From: Candidatus Calditenuis fumarioli
Lineage (GTDB): Archaea; Thermoproteota; Nitrososphaeria_A; Caldarchaeales; Calditenuaceae
Length of the DNA stretch: 24,000 bases
Direction of reading: 5' to 3'
Assembly (NCBI GenBank): GCA_030059665.1
Contig: JANVYR010000001.1
Span: forward strand, 687,106-711,105
Shown here: positions 22,998-24,000 of the stretch, piece after piece
How positions within the stretch are numbered: the first letter of the stretch is position 1
How the letters are laid out: every line of letters starts with the position of its first letter
Made by a program: the position numbers and the translations under genes
Notes under the pieces: model-generated
Told to the model about the DNA's origin: nothing
Database searches by the model: none
What the model saw: only the letters and a program-made list of their open reading frames with translations

Positions 22998-24000
22998 GTG
23001 GCTTTCAGGAAGGGAAGGCTCGAGGGCGAGGTGCCTGAGAGGGTAGCGCGGTACATCTCATCGCTCGAGGAGGACGAGGAGATACTGGATGAGGTCCTTG
23101 CGGTGAACGCAGCCCACCTGAGGTCCCTGCGGAGGATGGGCCTGATCAGCGACGATGTCCTGGAGAGGGCGCTCGGCGCGCTGAGGGGGTTCCCGAGGGA
23201 GGCGCTGAGGACCGCGGACCCGAGGCTCGAGGACGTCCACATGGTGGTGGAGGAGCACCTGAGGTCGGAGGTACCAGAGGCCGGGGAGAACCTGGCGCTC
23301 GGGAAGAGCAGGAACGACGCCGTCTCCGCCGCGATCAGGATGAGGGTTCGCCGTTTCATCGCCGAGCTCGTCCTCTCGGGCACCGGCCTCGCGGAGGCGC
23401 TGCTCTCCAAGGCGGAGGAATACGCTGAGACCCTCTTCCCCCTCCACACGCACGAGCAGCCTGCCGCTCCGGGGACCCTCGGGTTCGTGCTGAGCTGCCA
23501 CGCATCCCGCCTCCTGAAGGCCCTTCGGGCGCTGGCCTCGGCGTACGGAGAGGTTAACGCGTCGCCTCTCGGCGCCGGACCGGTTGGCGGGACCTCCGTG
23601 CCCCATGACCGGCTGGCCATTGCCGAGGACCTCGGTTTCGACGGCGTCGTCCTGAACGCCCTGGAGGCTAGCTCCTCGAGGGACTTCGCGCTTGCCTTCC
23701 TCTGCGGCCTCCTCAGGGTTTCGCTCGTCCTCACAGACCTCGCGGAGGAGCTCGTGAGGTACGTCTCGCAGAACCCTCCGTTGCTGGACTTCGACGACGC
23801 CTTCTTCTCGACCAGCAGCATCATGCCCCACAAGAGGAACCCGGTCGTCGCGGAGGTTGCCAGGACCTCGCTCTCAAGGGTGCTCGGGGAGCTGGTGAGG
23901 TTCTCGGTCAACGTCTCGAGGAGGTTCGGTGGTTACGTGCTGGACCTCCAGGAGTCGACGGAGCCCCTCTGGAGGGCGGCGCGGTGGACGCTCGAGACGC
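22998..24000 (+). CDS. argH: Argininosuccinate lyase, 3'-truncated by the window edge
   Basis: Not in the ORF track because it is open to the window end. My own translation gives VAFRKGRLEGEV...AHLRSL...GKSRNDAV...HTHEQPAAPGTLG...FFSTSSIMPHKRNP (fumarate-lyase signature). Confidence 0.85.
   Translation, partial: MAFRKGRLEGEVPERVARYISSLEEDEEILDEVLAVNAAHLRSLRRMGLISDDVLERALGALRGFPREALRTADPRLEDVHMVVEEHLRSEVPEAGENLALGKSRNDAVSAAIRMRVRRFIAELVLSGTGLAEALLSKAEEYAETLFPLHTHEQPAAPGTLGFVLSCHASRLLKALRALASAYGEVNASPLGAGPVGGTSVPHDRLAIAEDLGFDGVVLNALEASSSRDFALAFLCGLLRVSLVLTDLAEELVRYVSQNPPLLDFDDAFFSTSSIMPHKRNPVVAEVARTSLSRVLGELVRFSVNVSRRFGGYVLDLQESTEPLWRAARWTLET

Noticed and set aside
22919-23911. 330-aa and 257-aa - strand ORFs opposite argH
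   Set aside because: These are Ser/Arg/Ala-rich shadow ORFs typical of the antisense strand of GC-rich genes. The + strand frame carries unmistakable argininosuccinate-lyase motifs.
1-24000. CRISPR arrays, IS elements, integrases, toxin-antitoxin or defence-type operons
   Set aside because: Reading both strands I saw no spaced direct repeats, no terminal inverted repeats and no transposase, integrase or nuclease-helicase signatures. Gene content and composition are uniformly housekeeping.

Overview
GC-rich archaeal chromosome segment (AGG/AGA Arg codons, ATA Ile codons, acidic/Arg-rich proteins). It is tightly packed with about 29 protein genes and one tRNA. I saw no rRNA, CRISPR array, transposase/integrase or defence-type genes, so it reads as core housekeeping and metabolic DNA rather than an accessory island. 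Contents in order: a fused tandem-NBD ECF ATPase and EcfT; a Zn-ADH; a thiolase; a HAD hydrolase; a membrane-anchored beta-rich protein with a DUF4129-like partner; a small cluster of two luciferase-like (LLM) oxidoreductases, a hexapeptide acyltransferase and a cyclase-family hydrolase; a stand-alone ribosomal protein uL6; LutC plus a LutB-LutA fusion; tRNA-Val(CAC); a Trbp111-like tRNA-binding protein; Nudix and acetyl-CoA synthetase; rpl14e-cbf5; a GINS subunit; a tandem-SIS protein; a YbaK-type deacylase; an isopropylmalate/isocitrate dehydrogenase-family enzyme; a Fap7-like kinase; archaemetzincin; one unassignable 145-aa protein; and the 5' part of argH. The strongest hidden signal is in cbf5, which the ORF track shows as two out-of-frame ORFs. 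It is interrupted by a 20-nt insert flanked by a textbook bulge-helix-bulge (tRNA-splicing-endonuclease) motif, positioned at the catalytic Asp codon. This is an mRNA intron of the kind described for cbf5 in Crenarchaeota and argues for a Thermoproteota origin. The second theme is a regular promoter layout: an A/T-rich octamer sits about 27 nt upstream of nearly every first-in-operon start codon, implying leaderless mRNAs. This lets several start codons be revised and exposes two single TATA boxes shared by divergent genes. I did not find a convincing new multi-gene system; the candidates worth follow-up are listed with modest scores.
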